This document shows, one piece after another, positions 8,562 to 18,773 of a DNA stretch of 64,000 nucleotides. Source of the DNA: an uncultured Candidatus Saccharibacteria bacterium (GTDB lineage Bacteria; Patescibacteriota; Minisyncoccia; Phycocordibacterales; CAIRYW01); NCBI GenBank assembly GCA_964554765.1, contig CAZKPS010000001.1, positions 72,786 to 136,785 of the forward strand, written 5' to 3'. The notes beneath the pieces are model-generated. The model was not told the DNA's origin. It searched no databases and saw only the letters and a list, made by a program, of their open reading frames with translations. The position numbers were made by a program, and so were the translations under genes. Every line of letters begins with the position of its first letter. The stretch's first letter is position 1.

Positions 8562-10442
8562 TTATTGTGTCACCTCACCCCAGCTATTTATCTGCCAATT
8601 TCCTCCACTACCACCCCCTCCACTACCACTTATTCCGGTTGTAATGAAATCAATAGATGTGAGACCACTGTTGTAAATTATATTCGAACCTCCATTTAGA
8701 ACTAGTCTTTTTGCAATAGCACTGTTCACAACACCACCACCAGAAATAGCCATTGTACCGTATGGAGCAAACACCACCATAGAACCAGATCCACCTTGTA
8801 TATCTACTGCATTACCGTTTTCTGGACCACTACAATTTCCAGTAGTTGGACACTGACTTGTCGTCATTGCTACCATATAGCTGCCACTCGTACCCGACCC
8901 TCTCATATCAGCCCCTCCGGTCACAATAATTCTTCCGTCAGCAATAATCATCCCATCGGATGCCCCACCAGATGAGGCGAGCTTAATCACAGATCCTCCA
9001 CTTAGATCAATATATCCGGTTACCCACACAGTCCCGGTCAGATTCAAAGTCGCTCCGCCACTCACAACAAGATTACCAACAATTTTCTTTGGCCCTAAAG
9101 ATGCCACTTGCCCTCCACCAAGACTGTATGTGCCATTATTTACACCACCTGCAGTTGCGACCGCTTTCCAATCAATAATGTTTTGATCTGTTATCGGATA
9201 ATCAAGAGGTGTAGGATCTGCACGACTAGTGTTACATATTTTTGTAGAATTGCTTAGGTTGTACAGATTTGTACCGCTTTGGCAATAAGCTGTGCCCGAA
9301 ACAGAAATATTACTAATCTGGTTCGCCCAAGCGTCACCAGAACCACCGGTGCCAATCTGAAGTCGTGTATACTGACCATTTCCAGAAATGGTATTCGGCA
9401 CCCCTCCTAAATAAATATCAAAATATAAATCATAACTTGATGGGATAATATTTACCCATGTATTTTGTCCATTACTTGAACTCCACTTACCGTATCGCGC
9501 ACCACCATTTGTATATATGTTACCTGCAGTCCCTGCGAGTGTAAAATATTTTGTTGTCGACACTGTTGGAGTATCAATTACAATCCAATATGTCGACCCT
9601 ACAGTAAGACTAGGTGCCTGTGTGATAGGAATATTTACATAGGTAAACGATGTGGTTACTGCACTTGCAGCAAGTGTTCCAGTACCTACAACACCACTAT
9701 TGGATGGTTTACCGCTCGCATCAGGTACAATACGAATAGTTGCATCCGATGGTGCTCCAGCTATTGTTTTTTTAATATAAAGCCTTACACTCGTGAGCTG
9801 TGCTGTTGACGTCACCTGAAAACTTTGCGCCAAATCCTGCGAAGCAGTAGTTGTACCCATATTAAGTGACAGCGGCGATGTTCCATCAGTATAACTATTC
9901 GTCTGATTTACAGTTGCAGGAGAGCTATTGCCCACAGTCACAGAGCCAGTTATTGAATTCACCGCGGAGTCAGCAGTTATGCTTCCATTTGAATATACAT
10001 CACCTGTAATAGTCGAACCCCCACCAATACTAATGCCTCCTGTGCCTATTTGTGCTCCATATGCAAATGCTATGACGGAACCTACTGGGGTTAGATATGT
10101 TGAGGCATAGCGAGTAGTATCACCACTTGTCCCAGTGGTAAGTATCTGCTGTTGTGTTCCTGCGAGAGTCACGGAGGCAGATGCTGCAACACCATTTGAA
10201 AATGGTAACGATAAAGTCGAAGGTAGAGTTCGTCCAAGTCTTAGTCTATAATACGCATCTTCATTTACACTATCTGCCGCCAGATAGCTCTGTCGAGACT
10301 TTGATGCCTGGAGTACGGACTTTACCTGATTGGAAGTTGGAATCACAACAGCAGAAATAACAGCCACAGAAATCACTAAAAAGAAAACCACGGTGGTAAT
10401 GATAGCAAAGCCTCTATTTGTTTCTATTTTTTTTGCACTCAC
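8562..10442 (-). CDS. Large pilin-like / pilus-associated protein (possible tip adhesin or minor pilin)
   Basis: 626 aa. The N-terminus (KKIETNRGFAIITTVVFFLVISV) is prepilin-like but lacks Glu at position +5. The rest is Gly/Ser/Thr-rich. It is the last gene of the pilB-pilC-pilin operon. Confidence 0.5.
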   Translation of the reverse strand: MSAKKIETNRGFAIITTVVFFLVISVAVISAVVIPTSNQVKSVLQASKSRQSYLAADSVNEDAYYRLRLGRTLPSTLSLPFSNGVAASASVTLAGTQQQILTTGTSGDTTRYASTYLTPVGSVIAFAYGAQIGTGGISIGGGSTITGDVYSNGSITADSAVNSITGSVTVGNSSPATVNQTNSYTDGTSPLSLNMGTTTASQDLAQSFQVTSTAQLTSVRLYIKKTIAGAPSDATIRIVPDASGKPSNSGVVGTGTLAASAVTTSFTYVNIPITQAPSLTVGSTYWIVIDTPTVSTTKYFTLAGTAGNIYTNGGARYGKWSSSNGQNTWVNIIPSSYDLYFDIYLGGVPNTISGNGQYTRLQIGTGGSGDAWANQISNISVSGTAYCQSGTNLYNLSNSTKICNTSRADPTPLDYPITDQNIIDWKAVATAGGVNNGTYSLGGGQVASLGPKKIVGNLVVSGGATLNLTGTVWVTGYIDLSGGSVIKLASSGGASDGMIIADGRIIVTGGADMRGSGTSGSYMVAMTTSQCPTTGNCSGPENGNAVDIQGGSGSMVVFAPYGTMAISGGGVVNSAIAKRLVLNGGSNIIYNSGLTSIDFITTGISGSGGGGSGGNWQINSWGEVTQ

Positions 10443-10451
10443 AGAAATATA

Positions 10452-10967
10452 TTAATGATAATAACCTCGAAGCACTGCTGTACCATAAAACTTTTCGCTT
10501 ACATCTGGTGTAGAAGTTGGACCTTCCATCACTATCTCATATTTGATCGCTTGTGATGTTGTGGTGGACATAATTTTAAAATGGAGAGATGTCACCTGCA
10601 TATTTGAGAGTGTGACAGGTCCAGTTGTAACACCATTATCATCAACCATGACACGGTCCCCTGCTCTATAAAACCTACTTGTTCGTGTACTTCCGCCAGA
10701 CGTTGGTATAGTTAGCGTCAACTCATCATTGTCATATGGATAGCTCGTGACAAGAGAGGCACTAGATGCAGCCCGAATTTCTCTGACGATCTTATCACTA
10801 AATGCTATTGAGGAATTTTCTACTCTTCTTGTTGCTTTAACCACACTATTTGCAGTCAAAAGCATATTAATCACTGTAGTAATAACACCCACCAGAAGAG
10901 CCATAAGTGATACATATATGATAGTCTCAATCAAAGAATAACCTTTTTTAGCTTCTACTGATTTCAT
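10452..10967 (-). CDS. Type IV pilin-like protein (prepilin-type N-terminal domain)
   Basis: KKGYSLIETIIYVSLMALL is a class III signal peptide with Gly-1 and Glu+5. Confidence 0.7.
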   Translation of the reverse strand: MKSVEAKKGYSLIETIIYVSLMALLVGVITTVINMLLTANSVVKATRRVENSSIAFSDKIVREIRAASSASLVTSYPYDNDELTLTIPTSGGSTRTSRFYRAGDRVMVDDNGVTTGPVTLSNMQVTSLHFKIMSTTTSQAIKYEIVMEGPTSTPDVSEKFYGTAVLRGYYH

Positions 10968-11464
10968 TAATTATTGAATATATTAAATAGGTAAGTTTCA
11001 CCTGATTTCGTTGTTGTTGATACACCTTCCTTCCACGATACAGTAATCAATGCTTTTCGACTGTTATTATCAGTCGTCCCTCCACTTGTTACCACATTAA
11101 AATTGTTATCACGAGACACTGCTGATAAAACAAAGTCTATTTGATATCGGTTTTCGAGCTCAATATTTGTTGTTGTGGCAGTCCAAGTACCTGACCCTAC
11201 TGTAGAATCCCAATAGAGATGATACGTAGATCCAAGAGTAAGCGAAGCGATATTTGCCGTGTAACCAGAATCTCGAAGATAGTGTAGAACCTCAACCCCC
11301 TCTTCGACTAACTGTGTCGCCTTGAGTGCTCGCACATTTGAAAGTGAATATCGTGCAACGGCACTATATACAGAGACAAGTGTAAAAAGTGTCAGTGATA
11401 TAATACTTGAGGCAATAATTACCTCAATCATACTGAATCCCCTTTTTTTATTTTTAATATTCAT
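10967..11464 (-). CDS. Type IV pilin-like protein (prepilin-type N-terminal domain)
   Basis: KRGFSMIEVIIASSII prepilin motif. Start and stop overlap the neighbouring genes. Confidence 0.7.
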   Translation of the reverse strand: MNIKNKKRGFSMIEVIIASSIISLTLFTLVSVYSAVARYSLSNVRALKATQLVEEGVEVLHYLRDSGYTANIASLTLGSTYHLYWDSTVGSGTWTATTTNIELENRYQIDFVLSAVSRDNNFNVVTSGGTTDNNSRKALITVSWKEGVSTTTKSGETYLFNIFNN

Positions 11465-11497
11465 TTTTTAGTTATAACCCGTTACCTCTGACCCTAA

Positions 11498-11956
11498 TTA
11501 TTGTATATCAATAACTCCCGTTGCGTAAATAGTGATAGTCTTTGTTTTAGTCCCATCGGCCGATGTCACCGTTATTGTACCTGTCTTACTTGCAGCACCT
11601 GTTAGTTTATTAAAGTACAAACTAGTGGCACCTCCTGTAAGTGTTATGGCACTGATATTTGACTTCCCTGAGACATCGTATGATGTCTCGATATTAGAGA
11701 CATTGTAGGTAGTTGTTTTGAATACTGTCACCTTTTTTGTTTCAAAGAATACACCATGTTCCAAAGAATTAACTGAGTTTATAGATTCTGTTTTTGCCTT
11801 ATCAATATACGAAACAATATTTGACACATCTTTATCAAGCGAGATTGAATTCGCAAGTCCTGAAAATACTGAGACAGATGCAGCTCCAAGTACTCCAAGA
11901 ATAGCGATACTCATAAGAATCTCTATTATTGTTATTCCTTTATTTTTTGATTTCAT
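11498..11956 (-). CDS. Type IV pilin (probable major pilin)
   Basis: KGITIIEILMSIAILGVLGA prepilin motif, 152 aa, directly downstream of pilC. Confidence 0.7.
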   Translation of the reverse strand: MKSKNKGITIIEILMSIAILGVLGAASVSVFSGLANSISLDKDVSNIVSYIDKAKTESINSVNSLEHGVFFETKKVTVFKTTTYNVSNIETSYDVSGKSNISAITLTGGATSLYFNKLTGAASKTGTITVTSADGTKTKTITIYATGVIDIQ

Positions 11957-11971
11957 TACTACTCAAATGGA

Positions 11972-13174
11972 CTAAATATTATTAAGCACAGTATACATCG
12001 GTGTAATCATAGATACCGCAAAAAAACCCACCGAAAGCCCTATAATCACCATCAAAAAAGGCTCGATAATCGTAGACATATTTTTTGTCTTTTGATCCAC
12101 CTCATCCTCATAATATGTAGCAACTTCTTTCAACATAGTAGAAAGATTACCTGTCTCCTCTCCCACTGATACCATTTCCACTATAAAAGCAGGGTAAAGA
12201 TTTGGGTATTTTGAAATAACATCAGACATTGGCATTCCCTTTTCTATTACCGCAACAACCCTTTCTAACACTTCTTTATAATATGAGTTTTGCATAACCT
12301 CCTTAGTTATTTCTGCAGAACGAATAACAGGCACTCCGGCTGAGAGTAGTGAAGCAAGTGTTCTGGATGTTCTTGCGGTATTCATCTCTTTAGCAATATC
12401 CTTGATAAGAGGTGCATGCAAAACAATAAAATCCATTACTCTTTTACCCTTCTTTGTCTTCAAAGAACTAGAGAGGGATATGACAAGAAAGACAATAATC
12501 GCAATAAATATAAAGTAGTGATTTTGAAGAAAGTCAGAAACATTGATCACAAACTGTGTTGATGCAGGTAATTCTGCATGAAGTTCCTTGAATGTACCAG
12601 TAAGCGATGGTACAACAAATGTAAGCATCAAAATCCCGATCACTACCATAAGCGAAAGAATAATGGCTGGATAAATCAATGCACCTTTTACCCTCTTATA
12701 CAATGTATTTGCCTTTTCCATCTGACTCCCGACAATTTTTAGAGACTCAGCCAATGAACCGGACTCCTCTCCTGCCTTTACCATCGCCACAAACAGATCG
12801 TTAAAAACATCAGGGAATTCCTGCATAGCCTCGTGTAGAGTTCTGCCTTCAGCAACAGATGTTTCAAGTCTGTTTAAAACAGTTTTGAGCTTCTTGTTTT
12901 TTGCTTGCTTTTCCATTACCTGTATTGAACGAGAAAGAGAAAGTCCGGCAGCAAGCATCGAACCCAAATTTCGTGCAAAGAAAATTTTTTCAGATGTTTT
13001 CACTTTGCCATTCAAAAATGGAATATTAATATCTCTTGATTTTTCTTCAGTGATTGTAAGTGGTGTAATATTTTCCTTTTTAAGCATCCGAAAGAGCATA
13101 TATCTATCAGACGCCTCGAACATTCGTTCGCTGGTTCCCCCTTCTGCAGTTGTAAATGTTATTTTATATTGCAT
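11972..13174 (-). CDS. pilC: Type IV pilus / T2SS platform protein PilC (GspF family)
   Basis: 400 aa with duplicated GspF domains and three TM segments (LIYPAIIL..., [12 protein letters not shown]...). Confidence 0.85.
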   Translation of the reverse strand: MQYKITFTTAEGGTSERMFEASDRYMLFRMLKKENITPLTITEEKSRDINIPFLNGKVKTSEKIFFARNLGSMLAAGLSLSRSIQVMEKQAKNKKLKTVLNRLETSVAEGRTLHEAMQEFPDVFNDLFVAMVKAGEESGSLAESLKIVGSQMEKANTLYKRVKGALIYPAIILSLMVVIGILMLTFVVPSLTGTFKELHAELPASTQFVINVSDFLQNHYFIFIAIIVFLVISLSSSLKTKKGKRVMDFIVLHAPLIKDIAKEMNTARTSRTLASLLSAGVPVIRSAEITKEVMQNSYYKEVLERVVAVIEKGMPMSDVISKYPNLYPAFIVEMVSVGEETGNLSTMLKEVATYYEDEVDQKTKNMSTIIEPFLMVIIGLSVGFFAVSMITPMYTVLNNI

Positions 13175-13255
13175 TCTTAAATACTGATTAAAGATTTAAG
13201 ATGTATGATTTAAGAATTATTCATAAATCCTAAATCATATATCTTAATTCCTTCA

Positions 13256-15007
13256 TTATTCTGATATAACTCGAAGAACCTCTTCTATCACAGTAAAACC
13301 CTTTACCGCCTTTACGATTCCGTCTTCAATCATTGTAAGCATCCCTTCTTTCTTCGCCTGTTCTTCAATATCATCAGATGTACCACCTTTCATAATAATA
13401 GTTCTGATTGTAGGTGTTACCTTGAGCACTTCATGAATACCTATTCGACTGTGGAAACCATCAGGATGATCAGATGTTATGTTCGGCTTCCAAAATGGAA
13501 CCTTATCCCATGTATCATTTTGGTCTACTATATTTTCTTTCTTCAACACTTCAAGAATTTTATTGAGATTGACTTTTTTACCAAGCACAGCCTGCTCATC
13601 TTTTGTGAGATAGAACTTTTCTTTTGGTTCAAATAGTCTTCGAACAAGTCTTTGTCCGATAATTACATTGAGTGTAGATACGAGAAGAAAAGGTTCAGCG
13701 TGCATATCAAGAAGTCGAGGGATGGCTCCAGCAGCAGAGTTTGTGTGAAGTGTAGAAAGCACAAGATGTCCTGTAAGTGCAGCATTGATAGCGAGAGACG
13801 CTGTCTCATTATCTCGAATCTCTCCCACCATAATCACATCAGGATCTTGTCGCACAAGTGACCGAAGACCTGACGAGAACGTAAATCCAATTTCAGGCTT
13901 TACTTGAGTCTGATTAACACGCTTCATTTGATATTCTACTGGATCTTCGATAGTAGAAATATTTACATCAGGGGTATTTAGAATATCGAGTACAGTGTAG
14001 AGTGTTGTCGATTTACCCGATCCTGTAGGACCTGTAGTAAGTATCATTCCAGTTGTAAGTTTTGTTGCCTCATGAAGTTGCTCGAGAGCATCCCCGTGAA
14101 ATCCGAGCGACTCAAGTGTAAACCCAGATACACCTTCACGAAGCAATCGCATAACAGTCTTTTCACCAAAATATGTAGGAAGAATCGAAACTCGAAACGC
14201 AACTTTCTCGCCATTTAGATCTATCTTAAATCGTCCATCCTGTGGAAGTCGTTTTTCATCGAGTTTCAGGTTTGAGAGCACCTTGAGACGTGCTGTTATA
14301 CCTGCTCCCGCATTCTTTGGAAGAACCATTGCGTCATGGAGGAGTCCATCGATTCGATACCTAATCACTACTTCATTCTCATATTGTTCAATATGAATAT
14401 CGGATGCATCTTGTAGGATCGCATGCTTGAGCAACGTATCAACGATTCGGACCACTGGCAAATCTTCTGCCATCTTCTTCAAATCATCAGCATTTTGCTG
14501 TCCATCCGCTTCAGTAATTGCAGTGATATTAGCCGACTCTTTTTGAATAAGATCACCGAAATCTGCCTTAAGTGACTTTTGATACTGTAGAAGTACCGTC
14601 TTTATGGATTCAGTAGTAGTAAGACGAGGTAAAATCTTGAGACCAGTCTTCTTCTTGATAAAATCAATAGCATTTAGATCGCCAATATCGAGCATTGCTA
14701 TTTCAAGACCATTCTGTCCCTTTTTATAGGCAACAATATTATGTTTACGAGCAATTGGTTCTGGTACAAGTGACAAAACATCAAAATCAATCTTGAGACC
14801 GCTACCAAGATCAACAAATGGAATACCGAGTATGTATGCACTAATTCTTCGAAGATCATCTTCTGTAATCTTGCCGTTCGAAACAAGAAACTCTCCGAGT
14901 GGTTGCTTCTTTTCTTCTGCATCTTGCTTTGCTTTTGTGAGAGTAGCCTTATCAACAAGACCAGCATCCAGAACAAAATCCTCAAGTTGTTTATCTTTAA
15001 GTATCAT
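13256..15007 (-). CDS. pilB: Type IV pilus assembly ATPase PilB (GspE family)
   Basis: 583 aa with an N-terminal MshEN/T2SSE_N domain, Walker A (GPTGSGKSTT) and His box. Confidence 0.9.
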   Translation of the reverse strand: MILKDKQLEDFVLDAGLVDKATLTKAKQDAEEKKQPLGEFLVSNGKITEDDLRRISAYILGIPFVDLGSGLKIDFDVLSLVPEPIARKHNIVAYKKGQNGLEIAMLDIGDLNAIDFIKKKTGLKILPRLTTTESIKTVLLQYQKSLKADFGDLIQKESANITAITEADGQQNADDLKKMAEDLPVVRIVDTLLKHAILQDASDIHIEQYENEVVIRYRIDGLLHDAMVLPKNAGAGITARLKVLSNLKLDEKRLPQDGRFKIDLNGEKVAFRVSILPTYFGEKTVMRLLREGVSGFTLESLGFHGDALEQLHEATKLTTGMILTTGPTGSGKSTTLYTVLDILNTPDVNISTIEDPVEYQMKRVNQTQVKPEIGFTFSSGLRSLVRQDPDVIMVGEIRDNETASLAINAALTGHLVLSTLHTNSAAGAIPRLLDMHAEPFLLVSTLNVIIGQRLVRRLFEPKEKFYLTKDEQAVLGKKVNLNKILEVLKKENIVDQNDTWDKVPFWKPNITSDHPDGFHSRIGIHEVLKVTPTIRTIIMKGGTSDDIEEQAKKEGMLTMIEDGIVKAVKGFTVIEEVLRVISE

Positions 15008-15065
15008 CGATAATATTATATCAAAGAATTGTATATAGTATATGGCATATGTACATTAAAAAAAT

Positions 15066-15104
15066 AAAATACCCTGCAACTTTGTTGCAGGGTATTTTAT
15101 TTTT
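15066..15104. terminator. Terminator between the Cys-rich protein gene and pilB
   Basis: Hairpin accctgcaac-tttg-ttgcagggt with a T-run after it and an A-run before it. Confidence 0.6.
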
Positions 15105-17226
15105 AATTTGCTTCCAGTGTTCGAATATTTAACCGACAAGATCCAACCGATGTTTCATATGTTGTCTCATCTGTAATATCACCATCATGACACTTGAGCA
15201 TATATGTCATATCCTTCTTAACGTTCGGCATCGAATAAGTAGTTATACCTTCACCATCAGAAGTAAGATCAGCAGGATCAAATGTCCGTATAACACCATC
15301 CTGACTTGAAAGCGTACAGTGCGTTGTAACATCAAAAGCATCAAACACTTCAGAATCCTTACCGATATTTATTTTGCAAGTACCGTTTCGATCAACGATT
15401 GGTGTCACATCGAGTTTTCTATTTAGTGATACATTACCCTTAAATACACAGATATTTGAATTTGCACAATCATTGCCTAGATAACACTTATTCGAGCAAA
15501 TACCTTTATTTTCACAGTATGTGAGTCCGTTCGCACACATGAGATTTGCCTGACAACCCTGATTTAGACCACCTTCTGACCCAAGACAACTCCAGTTAAA
15601 TATTTTTCCATTCTTGGTTACCGTAGACTTAGTACCAGAAGAACAAGCTGCTGTACCAGTAATATCAGATACATAGCTTGCACCACTACTTGATATAGAC
15701 CCGCACACACCACTTACTGGATTGCATACCCCATTTTTACAAGGAAAACATTGACGATCTTGATTTATGTAGTAACCAGACGGAACTGGGATATTCCCTA
15801 GATTCACACACAAATGATTATTGTTACACTGATTGACATTTATCTGGTTTCCAGGATTATCAGGACCAGGACACACATCAACACATTCTGCTGGGTCGGT
15901 CTGTACTCCAGATTGCGGACACCAGTCTACAGCATCACAAAGTCCACTAGAACAGGTAGGCGTTGTTTCAGAACAGATTAACTGCTCTATGTACGAACTG
16001 AGAATATTGGATTCACTCTGAGTAAGAACAACTGTACATGCACCACCAATAAGTGCTCTGTCAAAGACGAAGGGATTGGTAATATCATTTGCAAACCTAT
16101 AACCATTTGGACAAGTCACATCAACCAAAAATGCTATGAGACAAGAATCGTTGTACTGGCAAACCGGCCGATTGTAGTGAGGCGTACAATTTATATTTTG
16201 ATTCCCTCCATTACAATCTGCTTCTGTTTCATAATTTGTTGCGTTCTCATCAGCACAATAATCGCGATCCGGATATCTACAGAGACTATCATTTCGACTA
16301 CAAGGTCGACGATCTTCAGGTATACTATTATTACAATCAGTTTGTGTTTCTGCGTTTAACGCAGGAGTTGTTGTGTCACCACAAAATTCTACAGGATCAT
16401 ATGTACAGTGAGCAGATGGATTTCCCGCGATACAATTCCTATCTGGATTGCTTGCCTGACAATCAGCTTGTGTTTCAAAGTTATTTGCTTCTGGGTCAGG
16501 GCAATAATATACCTTGCATCTTGCATCATCACTGTCTGATGTACAGTATTCACAAGTACCACTGTTGTTTTCAATTTTTTTAGGATCTGAGGTCTCATCT
16601 GGGCATTCGTCGTCATAATTAAGTGCATTGGTGTCTGCACAACAAAATTCTTCGCACCCCTCGTATATACATGCTGCATAAGCACCATAATTACACGCTT
16701 CTGCATCATTACAATACACAATACAAACGGGCGGATCATCATTATTGAAAATCTTCCCCTCTCCGCAGTTGTTACAGAGAGGTGGATTAATCGCACCATT
16801 ATTACAAGTACTAGGCACACATTCACAGCTTTCGCTATCACGCACATATCCTTGCTGTGTACAAGGTCCATAACACTGCCCATCCCCTTCGCACATGCTC
16901 TGCCCAGAAGAACACTCGTCACAATCAGGAGGATTATTTGCACCATTACTACATTCATCATTTACACATTCACAGCTTTCAGCATCTCTTGATTGTCCAA
17001 TCTCACACTGTGTATAACAACTTCCAAGACACTCATCCTCATTTGATCCACACACACAGCTGCAACTCGAATCAAGTTGCTTGCCTCCAGAACATTCAGA
17101 GACACATTGATCATTACATTCCACTTGTCCATTTGGGCAAGTCAAATCTGCAAATGTCTTAGTGTAGCCAACGAAAACACCTAGCACTAGCAGAGAAACA
17201 AGTAATGTAATTTTAATTTTATTCAT
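15103..17226 (-). CDS. Secreted, extremely cysteine-rich repeat protein (function unknown)
   Basis: 707 aa with a signal peptide (MNKIKITLLVSLLVLGVFVGYT) and well over 100 Cys. It has internal repeats (SCECV..C.NGA.NPP.C) and about four copies of an A-x-N-x-E-T-x-A-D-C motif. It abuts the upstream TPR gene (stop/start 3 nt apart). Confidence 0.6.
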   Translation of the reverse strand: MNKIKITLLVSLLVLGVFVGYTKTFADLTCPNGQVECNDQCVSECSGGKQLDSSCSCVCGSNEDECLGSCYTQCEIGQSRDAESCECVNDECSNGANNPPDCDECSSGQSMCEGDGQCYGPCTQQGYVRDSESCECVPSTCNNGAINPPLCNNCGEGKIFNNDDPPVCIVYCNDAEACNYGAYAACIYEGCEEFCCADTNALNYDDECPDETSDPKKIENNSGTCEYCTSDSDDARCKVYYCPDPEANNFETQADCQASNPDRNCIAGNPSAHCTYDPVEFCGDTTTPALNAETQTDCNNSIPEDRRPCSRNDSLCRYPDRDYCADENATNYETEADCNGGNQNINCTPHYNRPVCQYNDSCLIAFLVDVTCPNGYRFANDITNPFVFDRALIGGACTVVLTQSESNILSSYIEQLICSETTPTCSSGLCDAVDWCPQSGVQTDPAECVDVCPGPDNPGNQINVNQCNNNHLCVNLGNIPVPSGYYINQDRQCFPCKNGVCNPVSGVCGSISSSGASYVSDITGTAACSSGTKSTVTKNGKIFNWSCLGSEGGLNQGCQANLMCANGLTYCENKGICSNKCYLGNDCANSNICVFKGNVSLNRKLDVTPIVDRNGTCKINIGKDSEVFDAFDVTTHCTLSSQDGVIRTFDPADLTSDGEGITTYSMPNVKKDMTYMLKCHDGDITDETTYETSVGSCRLNIRTLEAN

Positions 17227-17228
17227 TC

Positions 17229-18362
17229 TTATTTTGAATTAATCTTTGCGGATATTACTTTTATTTTTATATTTATATTTTGAGATGGGATGTATGTAGG
17301 TATAAGCTTGAGCAGATTTTTTTTATCATCTGTATCAATAAAAGGGTACGCCTCAATACTCTTTTTTGCGAGCACTGAATACTTATCATATTTATCTTTA
17401 TCTTTTGATAAACTAGCTATTCTTGAAAGTAGTATATATGTGTACGGGTAGAGAGGATCGACAATAACTGCCTTTTCTGCTAGTTCTTTCGCCCGCAGTG
17501 TTGATGTGGCAACACTTGAAAGACTGAAAGACCTTGCAAATTCAGTCTCCGCAAGTCCATAAAGTGCATAGACAGATGTTGGATTCGTTTCGAGTGCAAA
17601 ATTATAAAATCTCTCTGAATCAAAATAATTTTTATTTTTAAAATAGAGCTGTCCAATCAGCTCAGCAAGCTGAGCCTTATCCGATGATTCAAGTGTTGAA
17701 TCCGTATACACTTCTCTTGCATAATTTAGTGCCAAATCATATCTCTTTTGTAACTGCATCAGTTTGGTGATGCCGATTCTCGCTTTTATGTTCGTAGGAT
17801 CAATGCTAATAACCCTATTGTAATACTCATATGACTTGTTCACATTATGATTGAGCAGCGCAAGATCACCTAGGCTTATTTGTAAATCTACAGATCCTGG
17901 GTCCAAGTCGAGTGCCTTTTTATAAAAAATTTCAGCTGATTTGATCTCTCCGAGATTAAAATATGCTATTCCCTTTGTCTTATATAACTCGGGAATCTCG
18001 TTATTTATAGACTCAGCACTGTTAACAAACTTTATAGCTTTCAAAAACATCTCCTGTCGAGCTTCTGCATCTTTACTCATCTCACCTAGTCCTATATAGG
18101 TACGAGCAGCTAGTATCAAGAAATATGGATCATTAGAATTGTTAGCAAGAAAACCCTGGAGTTCCTGCTCCGCGAGCACATATTCGTGACTGTTAATCAG
18201 AATAGTCAGATGTGAATAATCACTGACATGCATCCGGTTATAGACATAGCGACCTACAAAAAACAAAACAATAAGTAATAGAGCGATTACAAAAATAACC
18301 CTCATTCTCTTCGATCCAAAATTTATTTTTGGTAGGTTTTTTTTAAAAAAATCTTTCATCAC
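17229..18362 (-). CDS. Membrane-anchored TPR-repeat protein
   Basis: 377 aa with one N-terminal TM helix followed by multiple TPR-like repeats (AxxYxxxG, YNRVISIDP...). Confidence 0.7.
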   Translation of the reverse strand: MMKDFFKKNLPKINFGSKRMRVIFVIALLLIVLFFVGRYVYNRMHVSDYSHLTILINSHEYVLAEQELQGFLANNSNDPYFLILAARTYIGLGEMSKDAEARQEMFLKAIKFVNSAESINNEIPELYKTKGIAYFNLGEIKSAEIFYKKALDLDPGSVDLQISLGDLALLNHNVNKSYEYYNRVISIDPTNIKARIGITKLMQLQKRYDLALNYAREVYTDSTLESSDKAQLAELIGQLYFKNKNYFDSERFYNFALETNPTSVYALYGLAETEFARSFSLSSVATSTLRAKELAEKAVIVDPLYPYTYILLSRIASLSKDKDKYDKYSVLAKKSIEAYPFIDTDDKKNLLKLIPTYIPSQNINIKIKVISAKINSK

Positions 18363-18417
18363 ATTGATTATATAACAAAATCAATAAAAGCAACATGCAG
18401 AAATGCACAGCACAGAT

Positions 18418-18455
18418 ATAAAAATGCATCGCACCTTTGGTGCGATGCATTTTCA
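18418..18455 (-). terminator. Rho-independent terminator (minus strand)
   Basis: Hairpin atgcatcgcacc-tttg-gtgcgatgcat preceded on the plus strand by an A-run, which gives a T-run on the minus transcript. Confidence 0.6.
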
Positions 18456-18501
18456 GTACTTAATATTTTATATTATTATATCAAGTCAACACATTCTAAT
18501 T

Positions 18502-18750
18502 CTACTTGTATACTTGATCTAAACCATCAATTTCAGTCGAGATATCTATATTCCCGGCTGTATTTAACTCATTTTGCAGTGTTTTACTAGACACCAATGG
18601 TCTAGTTTTAATGTCATTTTTCATGACAGGAACTTTTGCCGTCCTCCCGTACCAGAAATATGCACCTCCTAAAGCGATTATCAGTATAACAATAACTATT
18701 GCAAGCGCAGACCCTTTTTTTCCTGTTGACGGTGTTTCTATTGTATCCAT
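18502..18750 (-). CDS. Small membrane-anchored hypothetical protein
   Basis: 82 aa with one TM helix (ALAIVIVILIIALGGAYFWY). The terminator lies downstream. Confidence 0.4.
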   Translation of the reverse strand: MDTIETPSTGKKGSALAIVIVILIIALGGAYFWYGRTAKVPVMKNDIKTRPLVSSKTLQNELNTAGNIDISTEIDGLDQVYK

Positions 18751-18773
18751 ACGATTTAAATTAATACTAATAA

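Noticed and set aside
15833-17162. Several 60-190-aa ORFs inside and antisense to the Cys-rich gene
   Set aside because: They are shadow ORFs of a long, well-supported ORF. His-rich and Cys-rich antisense translations are expected from its codon bias.
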